64,000 nucleotides of DNA. It comes from an uncultured Pseudomonadota bacterium. Lineage in GTDB: Bacteria; Oederibacteriota; Muellerivitia; Muellerivitales; Muellerivitaceae. The stretch's first letter is position 1; each line of letters begins with the position of its first letter. Shown here one piece after another: positions 28,219-38,620 of the stretch. The DNA is taken from assembly GCA_963836235.1 (NCBI GenBank), contig CAWIIP010000002.1, forward strand, positions 1,248,001 through 1,312,000, given 5' to 3'. The notes beneath the pieces were generated by a model. That model was not told where the DNA came from, made no database searches, and was given only the letters and a program-made list of their open reading frames with translations. The position numbers and the translations under genes were made by a program.

Positions 28219-30351
28219 TTGAAACCCTTAACCATTGATTTGAATCCCCAAAAAGTTCCCTGGGTTTATTTTGGACTCTTTTGCGCCACCCTCTTCCTAC
28301 TTTCCTCTACGGCCCTGCCTTTCGCGGTCCAATCGTCGGTCGGGATGATGGGTCTAGCCCTGCCCTTTTACCTGGCCCTGCGGAGTACCTCCAAACCGGG
28401 GCTCCAGGAACAACCGGCCTACTTAAGGGAACTAAAGCTTTTTCCCCCACTTTTGATCGGAATGGTAGGCCTTTATTCTGCCGTTTTTCTCCGTTTTTAC
28501 CGTTTAGAAAGCCTCTTTTGCTGGCCCAACCTGGACGAGGGATGGATTGGAACCATCGCGCTAGAACTTTCACGCCACTGGTCCTGGAAATTCTTTTACA
28601 CCTTTGGGGAAGCCCCGCCTCTGACGATTTGGTCGGTGGCCCTTCTGTTCAAGCTGGGGTTTCCCCCCGCTTTCAGCCTTTGGCTCCCGTCCGCTTTGGT
28701 TTCACTTCTCACCCTGGTCACCGGTTATTGGGCCGCGCGCCAATGGTTTTCCAGGTCCTTTTCGATGGTTGGCGCGGGCTTGCTGGCCTTCAGCTATTGG
28801 CCCCTTCTTCTGGGACGGCTCTGCCACCAGGGTATCTGGCTTCCTGGGTGGGTTTGCCTTTGCCTGGGGGCCTGGGGGGGCTTTAACCGGGCCGGGGGGA
28901 AATCGACTAAAAGAAACTGGGCTATAAGCATGGGAATCGCGATGGGTTTGGGCTCTTTTATTTTTACGCCCTGGCCGGTCGTGGCTTTCGTCTTTCTGGC
29001 TTCGATCTTTTGGGCCTGGGTCATCCGTCCGGGAAAAAATCTCCTCTATTTTCTGCTGGCCCTTGGCTCGATGGGAATCACCTTGGTTCCCTTTACATTG
29101 GCGGTCTTCCGGGAAGGATACGGAACTCATATCCTTTCCTTGTCCCTCTGGGGCGGTTGGTACCATTCTTCCAAATTGCTTCCAAACACTCTGGATTATC
29201 TCACCATGCTTTTGGGGGGAGTCGGCGATCCGGAACCGGCCTACACACCGGTAAGCGGTGGATTCCTGAACCCTTTCTTGGGTTCATTTTTTTTCTTAGG
29301 AACGATGGAATTATTCCGGTTCCGGCAGAATCTGGCAGTCAAATGGATGGCCGTCGCTTTTTTCATTTTTCTGCTTCCGGGAGCCTTGTCTCTAAACGTC
29401 GAAACCTTTCGGGTGGCCCAGGTTCTCCCCTTGGTTCTTTTTATTTGCGCCACTGGAATCCAATCGGCTTTGGAAACGGTGCCTTCCCAAAGACAATGGA
29501 TGTTCCTGGCGGCCTTCTTTTTAATCTCCGGCACGCTGGACTTCCATCTTCTGGCTTCCCCCTATGAAAACCCAGACCAGCACCCTGAAAATTTCGGCCG
29601 CCCCGTGAGATCCTTGGAACGCTACCGCGCTTATCAAATGTTGGATGAAGTTCAAAAGACCAGGGGTCCGGGATTTGTCCTTTCCGATTTCGATAACGAT
29701 TCTTTCAATGACCCGACTCTTTCGCTGATGACCTACCCCTTCAATGCCGCCCGTAATGCTTCCCTGTCCCAGGAACTGGCCGCTCAAAAACAATCCCCGA
29801 AGTGGCTGGCTGTCTTCGTGAACGCCCATTACGAACCCTTCTTGAAAAAAAGGTTTCCCGAAGGGGAATGGTTGATGGTTTCGAAGGGGCTTTCCCTGCC
29901 CGATGGCGGGGATATGCTGGGGATTCTTCCGATGACAACGCAAAACGCCCAAACCCTTTATGCCTGGTACGGGGTCCATAGTGTTTTCCAGGCGGCCGAC
30001 CGGCGGAGATTCCTCCAAAACAATGAAAGCTTTTCCCCGGTCATCCAAATGTTGGAAACCGCCTCTCCCTCCCTGAAAGGCGACCCCTTCCTGGAGTCCG
30101 TCTATTGGGATAAGCGGGCCGCCTATGAATATGTGGCCCTGGATTACGGCCAACAGCTTTATTCCTACCAAATGGCCATCCAGGGAGGTTATCCCACCGC
30201 CGAGTTTTACTATAAATTGGGCGAATTACTCCGGGTCAAAGGGCATCTGGCCGAGGCCCAGGAAGCCTATTGGAAAGCCACCCGGGCCCCCCTGGATTTA
30301 ACCCCCTCCGCCCAAATCCTGGCCGCGTTAAAAAACCAATTCCAAAATTAA
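28219..30351 (+). CDS. ArnT/PMT-like (GT-C) membrane glycosyltransferase with C-terminal TPR
   Basis: 'LRFYRL...PNLDEG' first-loop acidic motif, about 12 TM, soluble C-domain ending in TPR 'YYKLGELLRVKGHLAEAQEAY'. Confidence 0.7.
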   Translation: MKPLTIDLNPQKVPWVYFGLFCATLFLLSSTALPFAVQSSVGMMGLALPFYLALRSTSKPGLQEQPAYLRELKLFPPLLIGMVGLYSAVFLRFYRLESLFCWPNLDEGWIGTIALELSRHWSWKFFYTFGEAPPLTIWSVALLFKLGFPPAFSLWLPSALVSLLTLVTGYWAARQWFSRSFSMVGAGLLAFSYWPLLLGRLCHQGIWLPGWVCLCLGAWGGFNRAGGKSTKRNWAISMGIAMGLGSFIFTPWPVVAFVFLASIFWAWVIRPGKNLLYFLLALGSMGITLVPFTLAVFREGYGTHILSLSLWGGWYHSSKLLPNTLDYLTMLLGGVGDPEPAYTPVSGGFLNPFLGSFFFLGTMELFRFRQNLAVKWMAVAFFIFLLPGALSLNVETFRVAQVLPLVLFICATGIQSALETVPSQRQWMFLAAFFLISGTLDFHLLASPYENPDQHPENFGRPVRSLERYRAYQMLDEVQKTRGPGFVLSDFDNDSFNDPTLSLMTYPFNAARNASLSQELAAQKQSPKWLAVFVNAHYEPFLKKRFPEGEWLMVSKGLSLPDGGDMLGILPMTTQNAQTLYAWYGVHSVFQAADRRRFLQNNESFSPVIQMLETASPSLKGDPFLESVYWDKRAAYEYVALDYGQQLYSYQMAIQGGYPTAEFYYKLGELLRVKGHLAEAQEAYWKATRAPLDLTPSAQILAALKNQFQN

Positions 30352-30417
30352 AAAGGGTTGGCCGGGCCTTAAAAACCGGGTTATGATTTCCCAACTTTCA
30401 GTTCCGGAGTTTGATCG

Positions 30418-31176
30418 ATGAAACATTTTATTTGTGCCGTAGCTTTAACTTTGGCGGGAGCCCTTTTCTGTTCCCGTTGCTACGCGGAAACTTCCAAGAA
30501 AATCGAATCGAATTTGGCCGATTTGGTCAAACAGCCCAATTATCACTGGCAGAAATCCTGTAATACCGAGGGCCTTACTATTTATTGGTCCAAGGTCGAC
30601 GGAAGCAAGGTCATCGCCTTCAAGGGCGAGGGTATCGTGGACGCGCCTATTGAAAAAGTCGCCTCCATCATCATCGACACGACACGCGCCATGGAATGGA
30701 TCGACAGCTTGGTGGCTTCCAAAGTGGTGCGCAACATCTCTCCCACCGAATTCATCGAGTACGACCATGTGGGCATCCCCTTTCCTTTTGACACGGTCAT
30801 GTCGGACCGGGATTTTGTCTCCCATGTCTTTCTTTCCTCCGATCCGCTGACCCAGCGGATTACGGTCAGTTACATGCCCACCGAGGACGATCAGGCCCCG
30901 GTCCTGAAAAAATACACCCGTGGAACGATGATCTGCGTTTTCAAGATGGTCCCCATGAGCATGCCCGACGAGACTTACGTTGAGGCGGAAATCCATTGCG
31001 ACCCCAAGGGAGCCGTTCCTAAATGGTTGGTGAATTTTTTCCAGGAAGGCTGGCCCCAGACGACTTTTGAGACTTTGAGGAAACAGGCGAGGAAGTTGGA
31101 CATCCAAGAGCTTCCGGTAGTGGAGAATCTGCTTCAAAAAAGTGCCGTCAACCTCGCTAAGAACGAAAAAAACTAA
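30418..31176 (+). CDS. START-domain lipid-binding protein with signal peptide
   Basis: 'W....EG..IY', 'P.P...DRDFV', 'H.DPKG.VPKWLVN'. Confidence 0.85.
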   Translation: MKHFICAVALTLAGALFCSRCYAETSKKIESNLADLVKQPNYHWQKSCNTEGLTIYWSKVDGSKVIAFKGEGIVDAPIEKVASIIIDTTRAMEWIDSLVASKVVRNISPTEFIEYDHVGIPFPFDTVMSDRDFVSHVFLSSDPLTQRITVSYMPTEDDQAPVLKKYTRGTMICVFKMVPMSMPDETYVEAEIHCDPKGAVPKWLVNFFQEGWPQTTFETLRKQARKLDIQELPVVENLLQKSAVNLAKNEKN

Positions 31177-31209
31177 AAATCTTTTTCACCATTGAGGCGC
31201 CAAAGGCTT

Positions 31210-31713
31210 TTACCTTGCCGTCAAAATCTCCCTGATCTTCTCATCATCCAGAATCATGTACATTTCGTAGTGGTGCAGGTCGGGGCCATAATAATTTTGG
31301 GTGATGCGGTAGGTTTTAAAACCCTTCTTCATGAAAAACTCCACACTGTGCTGGGTGGCGTCCAGACGGATAAGCTTCATTTTTGGAATTTGCGCCAACT
31401 TGGAAAGTCGGTTCCATAACATGAACTGGCCGATTCCGTGGCCGTGCCAATCCTTGTGAACCATGCCCCAGCAAAGGGTAGCCGCGCCCCCGTCCAACCC
31501 TAAGGCGTAGCCTCCTCCCCCGATGACCTGGCGGCCGTCGTCTTCCACTAAAAGATAATCCTGCGGGAACTCATCAAGGTAGGCGAAGAACTTTTCCTTT
31601 TCGGCGGACAGGAAATACTTGGGCATATTGCTCTCAAAGACCTTCAGGCAGGCACTCTTGTCGGAAGTCTGATAGGGACGGAACCGCCATGGGGGGGTGA
31701 GAGGGGCATTCAT
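31210..31713 (-). CDS. GNAT family N-acetyltransferase
   Basis: 'WGMVHKDWHGHGIG', 'TQHS..FF.K.GF'. Confidence 0.85.
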   Translation of the reverse strand: MNAPLTPPWRFRPYQTSDKSACLKVFESNMPKYFLSAEKEKFFAYLDEFPQDYLLVEDDGRQVIGGGGYALGLDGGAATLCWGMVHKDWHGHGIGQFMLWNRLSKLAQIPKMKLIRLDATQHSVEFFMKKGFKTYRITQNYYGPDLHHYEMYMILDDEKIREILTAR

Positions 31714-31745
31714 TCCCGCAACTCCTGAAAAAGAGCGTTTAAATT

Positions 31746-32135
31746 CTAGTCGAGGTAGGCGTCGGCCTCGATTTCGATCATCATTTCCGGATCAATCAGT
31801 TTAGCGACTTCCACGATGGTCATGGCGGGGCGGATTTCGCCAAAAATCTCGCCATGGGCCTTTCCGAACTTCTCCCACTCGGTGATCTTGGTGACGAACA
31901 AACGGGTTCGCACGACGTTCTTAAAGTCGCCTCCCGCTTTTTGAAGACCCGCTTGAAGATTTTTCAAGGCTTGGACGGTCTGGGCATAGGGGTCTCCTAC
32001 TCCCACGATTTTCCCATCCGGCCCGCTCCCGGTGGTTCCGGAAACATGGATATAAGGACCGACTTTTACCGCCCGAGAATATCCCAGAATGGGTTCCCAC
32101 TTGGATCCGGTACTAATATTTTCCCTTTTAGCCAC
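31746..32135 (-). CDS. RidA/YjgF/UK114 family protein
   Basis: '[11 protein letters not shown]', 'VSGTT', 'VVRTR', 'IRPA.T.VEV..LI.PE..IEIEA'. Confidence 0.9.
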   Translation of the reverse strand: MAKRENISTGSKWEPILGYSRAVKVGPYIHVSGTTGSGPDGKIVGVGDPYAQTVQALKNLQAGLQKAGGDFKNVVRTRLFVTKITEWEKFGKAHGEIFGEIRPAMTIVEVAKLIDPEMMIEIEADAYLD

Positions 32136-32204
32136 CTGTAACTCCTTAGGGTGAAATAATTTCTAAACTTCAAGTCCGGTAAGCCGGAATGCTAACGGGT
32201 GGAA

Positions 32205-32516
32205 TTAACCAACACCCGTCTTCCGGGGGGCGCTTATCTGCCGGGCGGTGTTGATGGAAGTATGGGGCCGGGCGGGGCCGCCCTTTTCGTGTTTGTGGAT
32301 ATGGTCATGGGGATGGTCGTGAGGGTGTTCATGGTCGTGGTCATGCTCCTCAGCCTTAACCTTGGCGGCTGCGTCGGCGTTTACTTTGGCGAGGGCCCCG
32401 CTTTGGGCCTTTTCATCCGCCTGCAAATGGCACTTCTTATATTTTTTCCCCGAACCACAGGGACATGCGTCGTTGCGTCCCGTCTTTAATCTGGTCTGCC
32501 AGTCATTCTCGGCCAT
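32205..32516 (-). CDS. SEC-C zinc-binding motif protein with His-rich segment
   Basis: '[18 protein letters not shown]' plus '[19 protein letters not shown]'. AAGGAGG RBS. Confidence 0.85.
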   Translation of the reverse strand: MAENDWQTRLKTGRNDACPCGSGKKYKKCHLQADEKAQSGALAKVNADAAAKVKAEEHDHDHEHPHDHPHDHIHKHEKGGPARPHTSINTARQISAPRKTGVG

Positions 32517-32580
32517 AGGCCCTCCTTACGATCTCATTCTTTAATGGATTTCATTATAAACCGTCTATTATGCGCAAAAG

Positions 32581-34251
32581 CTACTTTTTAGACCCGCTTT
32601 TGGCCGCTTCCTTGGCCCTTTTAGCTTCCAAGGCTGTCCATTCAACATAGTCCGCGTAGCTTCCCTTGAAGTCGGCATAGGTGCCGTCGGGCTTTAATTC
32701 CAAGACACGGTTAGCGACTTTTCCGATCAGGTCCTGGTCATGGCTGGAGAAGATAACCGTGCCGGTATATTCGGCAAGGGCCGTGCTCAGGGACTCAATG
32801 GATTCTAGGTCCATGTGGTTGGTAGGCTCGTCCATGATAAGTACATTGCCACCTTCTAACATCAACCGGGATAACACCATACGCTGGCACTCTCCTCCGG
32901 AAAGAACTTTCACATTCTTATCTTGTTCTTCGCCGGTGAAAAGCATGCGGCCCAACATTCCCCGGATCACCTGGCCCTCTTCAAGCGGGGCGAACTGGCG
33001 CAGCCACTCCAGGGCCGTCATATCACGGGTCAATTCTTCTTTCACATCCTGCGGCATGCTGGAAAGCTTCACGGTACTTCCCCAAACCGCCTGCCCCTCG
33101 TCGATCTTAACGCCCCATTCGGCCAGGGTCGAACCCTCGGCATGATAGGAACCTACCAGGCTTTTGATCAGAGTCGTTTTACCGATGCCGTTGGAGCCAA
33201 TGATGGCGATCTTGTCCCCATTGCCCACGATGAAAGTGATCTTTTTCAAAACTTTTAAGTCACCATAGGACTTACTGATGCTCTTGACGTTCAGGATGTC
33301 CTTGCCGGCTGGCTGTTTTTCCTTGAAGAAAAGCCGGGGATACTGCCTCGAAGACTGGATGATGGTTTCCAACTCGATCTTCTCCAAAAGCCGGGCCCGG
33401 CTGGTGGCTTGGGCGCTCTTGGAGGCATTGGCGGAAAACCGGGCGACGAAGGCTTTCAGTTCCGCGATTTGTTTTTCCTTGCGGGTGTTTTCCGTCAACT
33501 TGCTGTCCAGGTTCTGTTTGGACGCCATGACGAAAAAGTCGTAATTGCCCGAATAGACCGTTACCTTTTCCCGGTCCACGTCGGCGATGTGGGTGCAGAT
33601 GTGGTTTAGGAAATGCCGGTCATGGGAAATGACAATGATCGTGCCATCATAAGAGTTCAGGTAATCTTCCAACCAGTCAATGGTACGGATATCCAGATTG
33701 TTGGTAGGCTCGTCGAGAAGCAGCACATCCGGTTTGGCGTAAAGCACTTGGGCCAGCAAGACCCGGACTTTCCAACCTCCCGTTAATTGCTTCATTTTCC
33801 AGTCGTGTTTTTCGGTTTCAACCCCGAGGCCTTCCAAAAGTTCCCCGGCCCCGGCGGTCAGGGCATAGCCGTCCATGTCACCAAAATGGGACTCCAGCTC
33901 GGCAGCCCGGATGCCCTCGTCATGGGTCATGTTGGGCTTGGCATAAAGGGTGTCTTTTTCCTGCTGGATCTTCCAGAGGTCTTCCCGGCCCATGAGGACC
34001 GTATCCAAGACGCTGTACTCATCAAAGGCATATTGGTCCTGTTTGAGCATGGCGACTTTGACGCCCCGATCCACGGCAATCTCCCCGTCGTCCGGCTTGA
34101 TCTGCCCCGCCAATATTTTCATGAAAGTGGATTTCCCCGCGCCGTTGGCGCCGATCAGGCCGTAGCAATAGCCCGGGTTGAACTTGACCGTGACGTGGTC
34201 AAAGAGAGTTTTCTTGCCGAAACGAAGGGTAACGTCTTTAGCCGAAATCAT
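32581..34251 (-). CDS. ABC-F family ATPase (YbiT-like)
   Basis: Two NBDs (GANGAGKS/LLDEPTN and GSNGIGKT/LSGGE/MDEPTNH), linker 'RFSANASKSAQATSR', no TM. Likely start ATG 34251. Confidence 0.9.
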   Translation of the reverse strand: MISAKDVTLRFGKKTLFDHVTVKFNPGYCYGLIGANGAGKSTFMKILAGQIKPDDGEIAVDRGVKVAMLKQDQYAFDEYSVLDTVLMGREDLWKIQQEKDTLYAKPNMTHDEGIRAAELESHFGDMDGYALTAGAGELLEGLGVETEKHDWKMKQLTGGWKVRVLLAQVLYAKPDVLLLDEPTNNLDIRTIDWLEDYLNSYDGTIIVISHDRHFLNHICTHIADVDREKVTVYSGNYDFFVMASKQNLDSKLTENTRKEKQIAELKAFVARFSANASKSAQATSRARLLEKIELETIIQSSRQYPRLFFKEKQPAGKDILNVKSISKSYGDLKVLKKITFIVGNGDKIAIIGSNGIGKTTLIKSLVGSYHAEGSTLAEWGVKIDEGQAVWGSTVKLSSMPQDVKEELTRDMTALEWLRQFAPLEEGQVIRGMLGRMLFTGEEQDKNVKVLSGGECQRMVLSRLMLEGGNVLIMDEPTNHMDLESIESLSTALAEYTGTVIFSSHDQDLIGKVANRVLELKPDGTYADFKGSYADYVEWTALEAKRAKEAAKSGSKK

Positions 34252-34453
34252 TTTTTTGCCTTTATTTGAATCTAAACCAACGTCCAACACGAAACCATAA
34301 AGGCACCCAGAAAACTATCTTTTTCCAAAACATTATGAGTCTTTTCGACTTTACGTCTTCGTGGCTTCGTGCCGGCTTTGGGTTTCGAAGTCCGCAATTT
34401 TCGGATGATTTGGGGGGAGAGTCAAGAAGGATTAAAGCCACAAATAGGGAGAG

Positions 34454-35143
34454 TTAATGTTGGGGTGCAGGTGTCTTTTCTTCCAGTTTCGACAAAAGGT
34501 CCTGCCAGGCCTGCAAGTCGCCCTGCTCATCGATTCGGAGATGGTGGTTGCGGTAACGAAATTTGCCATGGTCCAGCTGGATGACCTCGTTGGCTTTCGC
34601 CATCTTGGTCTGGCCGTGGAAATCGGCTACGACCGCGCCCTCATAGGAAATGATTTTGAAAGCCTCTTCTTTCCTTGAAAACTCAAACAAAGTGCCATGG
34701 GCGTGGCATAAGACGCTTCCCGCGGAGACGCTAAAAGACCATGTGTGGGTTGGGTCCAACTGGCAAAGCATCCGGCCGGTCACCAGGTTGATCTCGCATT
34801 GAAATCCCTTGTCCCCCGATCGGAGTCGGGTGACTCGGATTTTCGTGCGGGGTGCCAGGTAAAGATAAGACTTTCCCTTGAGCCTCAAGACCGCGTCGCT
34901 GTCGGGGCCCGTGACGACCTTATCCCCGTCATCCAGGGTCTGGCTTTGGTAGAGCCGGGAAGTCTCGTCGTTTTCATCGTGGTAAGCCGTCACCATACCT
35001 TTGGCCTCGACGACACGGAAGCGGGAGTCTTCATCTTGGGCCAAAGTTATTCCGGGCCAAAGGACCAGCTCCAGGGCCAAAAAAGTGGCAAAGACAAGCG
35101 GATAAGATTTCATACAGTGATTCATGTCCCTTTCTGGAATCAA
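34454..35143 (-). CDS. Exported FecR-domain protein
   Basis: Signal peptide, 'GD.V.TG.DS.A.L', 'L..G', 'GT.F', 'EG.V' pattern. Start uncertain. Confidence 0.7.
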   Translation of the reverse strand: MIPERDMNHCMKSYPLVFATFLALELVLWPGITLAQDEDSRFRVVEAKGMVTAYHDENDETSRLYQSQTLDDGDKVVTGPDSDAVLRLKGKSYLYLAPRTKIRVTRLRSGDKGFQCEINLVTGRMLCQLDPTHTWSFSVSAGSVLCHAHGTLFEFSRKEEAFKIISYEGAVVADFHGQTKMAKANEVIQLDHGKFRYRNHHLRIDEQGDLQAWQDLLSKLEEKTPAPQH

Positions 35144-35254
35144 ACGGCGACATTATAGGCCGGTAAGCCATTCCAGGAAATTCATTTTAAAAAAGAGGTT
35201 AAACCGTCATTTTATCGAAAGAAGAGAGGATGGTGACATTTGAGGCGCAATCCG

Positions 35255-35935
35255 TTAATGAAGTTTTTTTATTTTTTGTTTCAGGAGACCGCTTAACGCG
35301 GCCAAAAAAACCATCATCCCACCCACAACCGCGACCAAGTTCCAAGGAATCCTTTCCCCAGATAAACCTTGATGAACAGCATCGGCTCCGGCCACATAAA
35401 CAATAACGCCGGGAATCATACAGAGCCAGGACCAAAAGGCGTAAGCCCAAAAATTGATCCGAGTCAAACCAAAAGCGTAATTGAGAAGGTTAAAGGGGAG
35501 TAATGGAAATAAGCGGGTTAGTATCACAACCCAAACACCATTGGAAGCCATCCATTGATCCAATTTCTTGAAACTTTCAAACCTCCCCAAGTAATGATTC
35601 ACCGATTCACGGGCGAAATAGCGGGCCACTAAAAAGGCGAGGCAGGCTCCGACCGTGATTCCAATATTGGAGACGATGACTCCCACCACCGTTCCGAAAA
35701 GAATCCCCGCCAGGAAGGCGAATAAAGTCACGGGTAACGCGGCCAAGACCCATGCGGCATATATCAGGGTGAAAACGACGGGCCCCCATGCTCCCAAGGA
35801 TTTAATCCAATCTTGCAACGCGGTCAATTGGCCGCCTAAATGCAGAATTTTGAATAGAACCAGGATGAGTGCCAAGAAAAATATCAGGAAAACCGGCTTC
35901 CACCCATCTTTCCAAGACCTCGTTTGGGTTTTCAT
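35255..35935 (-). CDS. TVP38/TMEM64 (DedA/YdjX) family membrane protein
   Basis: 'G.LFG...G', 'AFLVARY..R', 'RLFPLLPFNLLNYAFGLT'. Confidence 0.9.
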   Translation of the reverse strand: MKTQTRSWKDGWKPVFLIFFLALILVLFKILHLGGQLTALQDWIKSLGAWGPVVFTLIYAAWVLAALPVTLFAFLAGILFGTVVGVIVSNIGITVGACLAFLVARYFARESVNHYLGRFESFKKLDQWMASNGVWVVILTRLFPLLPFNLLNYAFGLTRINFWAYAFWSWLCMIPGVIVYVAGADAVHQGLSGERIPWNLVAVVGGMMVFLAALSGLLKQKIKKLH

Positions 35936-35992
35936 TTCAGTCCTTTAAGGTACCGGAAAAATCACGCAAGGGGGTTTTCAATTTTGGGAGGC

Positions 35993-38620
35993 TTATTGAA
36001 AATAACTTTCTAAAAGTTTGGCCACCAGGGAAGTCCAGCCTGTCTGGTGACTGGCACCCAGGCCCTTGCCATTGTCCCCATTGAAGTATTCGTAGAAGAG
36101 GGCCAGATCTTTCCAAGCCGGGTCCGTGGCAAAGCGGGGATCGCCCCCATGGCAGGGACGGTTTCCTTTTTCATCCGGCAGGAATAGCCGGTTCAACCGC
36201 CGTCCCAGGAATTGGGCGACTTCCCCCAGGTTCATCCATTGGCCCGAACCCGTGGGACATTCGACCTTTAAATCCTCCCCGTAAAAGTGATGATAGCGTT
36301 CCAGAGATTCCACCAAAAGAAAATTGAGCGGCATCCAAACAGGCCCGCGCCAGTTGGAATTGCCGCCGAAGATGTCGCACTGGGACTCCGCCGGTTCATA
36401 GTCGATGAGGTTCTGCTGGCCATCCAGGTCGAATCGATAAGGGTGGTCCTGGTGAAACTTGGAAAGGGCCCGGATGCCGTAAGGGGACAGGAACTCTTTT
36501 TCGTCCAAGACATAGCGGAGGACCCTCAAAAGCCGTTCCTTCGAGGGCACGGCCAGCAGGTAACAGCCCTTCCCAGCCTCCCCCTCATCCCGCCGCAGGA
36601 TCGGTTCGGCTTCCTTGGGCTTGTGCTGCATGAACCATTTCATGCGCTTGTAGAATTCCGGAAGTTTTTCGAGGGTTTCTTCCTTGAGGATTTCCACGGC
36701 GAAAAGGGGGATGATCCCCACCGCCGAGCGGATTTTCAGGGGCATTACCGAACCGTTGTAATGGAGCTGGTCGTAGTAAAAACCGTCGGCCTCATCCCAT
36801 AAACCGGTTCCGCCCAGGCTGTTCATGGCGTTGACGATGGAAAGAAAATGCTCGAAAAACTTGGTGGCCATGTCCTCCGTAGCCGGGTTCTCCACGGAAA
36901 GCTCCAAGGCCATGGAAAGCAGCGTCCCGCAGTAAAAGGCCATCCAAGCCGTGCCGTCGGCCTGGTCCAGGATCGTCCCCGCCTTCAACTGCCCCCGGTC
37001 GAAGACGCCGATGTTGTCAAGGCCGAGGAATCCGCCCGAGAAAAGATTGTTCCCTTCCGCGTCCTTGCGGTTGACCCACCAGGTGAAATTGAGCAGCAGC
37101 TTTTGGAAGACCCGCGAGAGGAACACCCGGTCCCTTTGCCCCTTGGGGGCGCTCATCTTATAGACCCGCCAAGCGGCCCAGGCATGCAGGGGAGGGTTCA
37201 CATCGGAGAAGGCGAATTCATAGGCCGGGATTTGGCCGTTGGGATGCATGTACCATTCGCGCAAAAGGAGGATCAGCTGGTGCTTGGCGAAAAAGGGGTC
37301 CAGCCGGGCGAAGGGGATCGTGTGAAAAGCCAAGTCCCAGGCCGCAAACCAGGGATATTCCCAATTGTCGGGCATGGAAAGGACGTCCTCCGCCCCAAAA
37401 TGGGACCAATCGTGGTTACGCCCTTTTTTACGGTTTTCATCCACCGGGGGTTGGTTGGGATCCCCTTCCAGCCATTGGTCCAGGTGGTAAAGGTAAAATT
37501 GTTTGGACCATAAAAGCCCCGCGTAAGCCTGCTCCGACACAACCCTTTCTTCCGCAGAAAGCTCTTTGGGAATCTTCAGGTCGTAATAGGCCGTGGTTTC
37601 CTTGGCCCTGTCCTCAAAGACCTTGTCGAAATCCGGTCCGAAAGCCTGGGGCAAGTCCTGGTTGGAAAGCCTGAGCCGCAAAACCTCTTGCCCTCCCGCC
37701 GGGAGGTTAAGCCTGTAATAAAAAGCGGCCTTGGTCCCTTGGCTCGGATGGATTTCCCCTGGGTCCCTCTTCGTCACATATTCGTGAAAGGCGTCCTTCA
37801 CATAAGGCGATTTATTTTTCGATTGGAATATTCTCTCGAAATTGGTTTCGTTCTCGGTAAAAAGAATTTCGGGTTTTCCTTCGGCTTTGAGGAACAATGG
37901 TCCTAACGCTGGATGTTGGAGGGAAATTTCGTCCGCGGCTTTTTGAATGACCGCTTTGGGCCAATAGCCTTCTTGGGTCCTTCCCCAATCCCAGGTATTG
38001 CGAAGCCACAGGGTCGGAAGCACATGCAAAGGGGCGGCCTCAGGCCCCCGGTTGACCGCCGTCAAACGGATCAGGATATCGTCAGGTCCCGCCTTGGCGT
38101 ATTCCACGAAAAAATCAAAATAACGGTTGTCGTTGAAAACTCCCGTGTCGGCCAACTCGAACTCCGGGTCCCGCTTACCCCGCTTGTGGTTTTCTTCCAC
38201 CAGCCGGTCATAGGGAAACTCGGATTGGGGATATTTATAAAGGGCTTTCATATAGGAGTGGGTGGGCGCGGAGGAGAGGTAAAAATAGGACTCTTTCACG
38301 TCCTCCCCATGGTTGCCCTCGTCGCTGTTCAGGCCGAACAGGCGTTCTTTCAGGATCGGGTCTTTGCCGTTCCAAAGGGCGGAAGCGAAGCAAACCAAGC
38401 CCTTGCTGTCGGAGAGGCCGAGCAAACCATCCTCTCCCCAGCGATAGGTCCGGCTTCGCGCCTGGTCGTGGGGAAAGTAATCCCAGCAAGTGCCGTTGGG
38501 GGAATAATCCTCCCGGACCGTTCCCCACTGCCGTTCGGAAAGGTAAGGCCCCCATTTTTTCCAGGGATGGTTGCCATTGACGAAAAGGTCAAGGCGTTGG
38601 GATTCGGGATCTAAATTCAT
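35993..38620 (-). CDS. GH63-like (mannosyl-oligosaccharide glucosidase/MGH1-like) glucosidase
   Basis: 'WGPYLSERQWGTVREDYS', 'WEYPWFAAWDLAFH', 'GGFLGLDNIG', 'GGNSNWRGP', 'GASHQTGWT'. True start ATG 38620 (ATGA overlap). Confidence 0.88.
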   Translation of the reverse strand: MNLDPESQRLDLFVNGNHPWKKWGPYLSERQWGTVREDYSPNGTCWDYFPHDQARSRTYRWGEDGLLGLSDSKGLVCFASALWNGKDPILKERLFGLNSDEGNHGEDVKESYFYLSSAPTHSYMKALYKYPQSEFPYDRLVEENHKRGKRDPEFELADTGVFNDNRYFDFFVEYAKAGPDDILIRLTAVNRGPEAAPLHVLPTLWLRNTWDWGRTQEGYWPKAVIQKAADEISLQHPALGPLFLKAEGKPEILFTENETNFERIFQSKNKSPYVKDAFHEYVTKRDPGEIHPSQGTKAAFYYRLNLPAGGQEVLRLRLSNQDLPQAFGPDFDKVFEDRAKETTAYYDLKIPKELSAEERVVSEQAYAGLLWSKQFYLYHLDQWLEGDPNQPPVDENRKKGRNHDWSHFGAEDVLSMPDNWEYPWFAAWDLAFHTIPFARLDPFFAKHQLILLLREWYMHPNGQIPAYEFAFSDVNPPLHAWAAWRVYKMSAPKGQRDRVFLSRVFQKLLLNFTWWVNRKDAEGNNLFSGGFLGLDNIGVFDRGQLKAGTILDQADGTAWMAFYCGTLLSMALELSVENPATEDMATKFFEHFLSIVNAMNSLGGTGLWDEADGFYYDQLHYNGSVMPLKIRSAVGIIPLFAVEILKEETLEKLPEFYKRMKWFMQHKPKEAEPILRRDEGEAGKGCYLLAVPSKERLLRVLRYVLDEKEFLSPYGIRALSKFHQDHPYRFDLDGQQNLIDYEPAESQCDIFGGNSNWRGPVWMPLNFLLVESLERYHHFYGEDLKVECPTGSGQWMNLGEVAQFLGRRLNRLFLPDEKGNRPCHGGDPRFATDPAWKDLALFYEYFNGDNGKGLGASHQTGWTSLVAKLLESYFQ

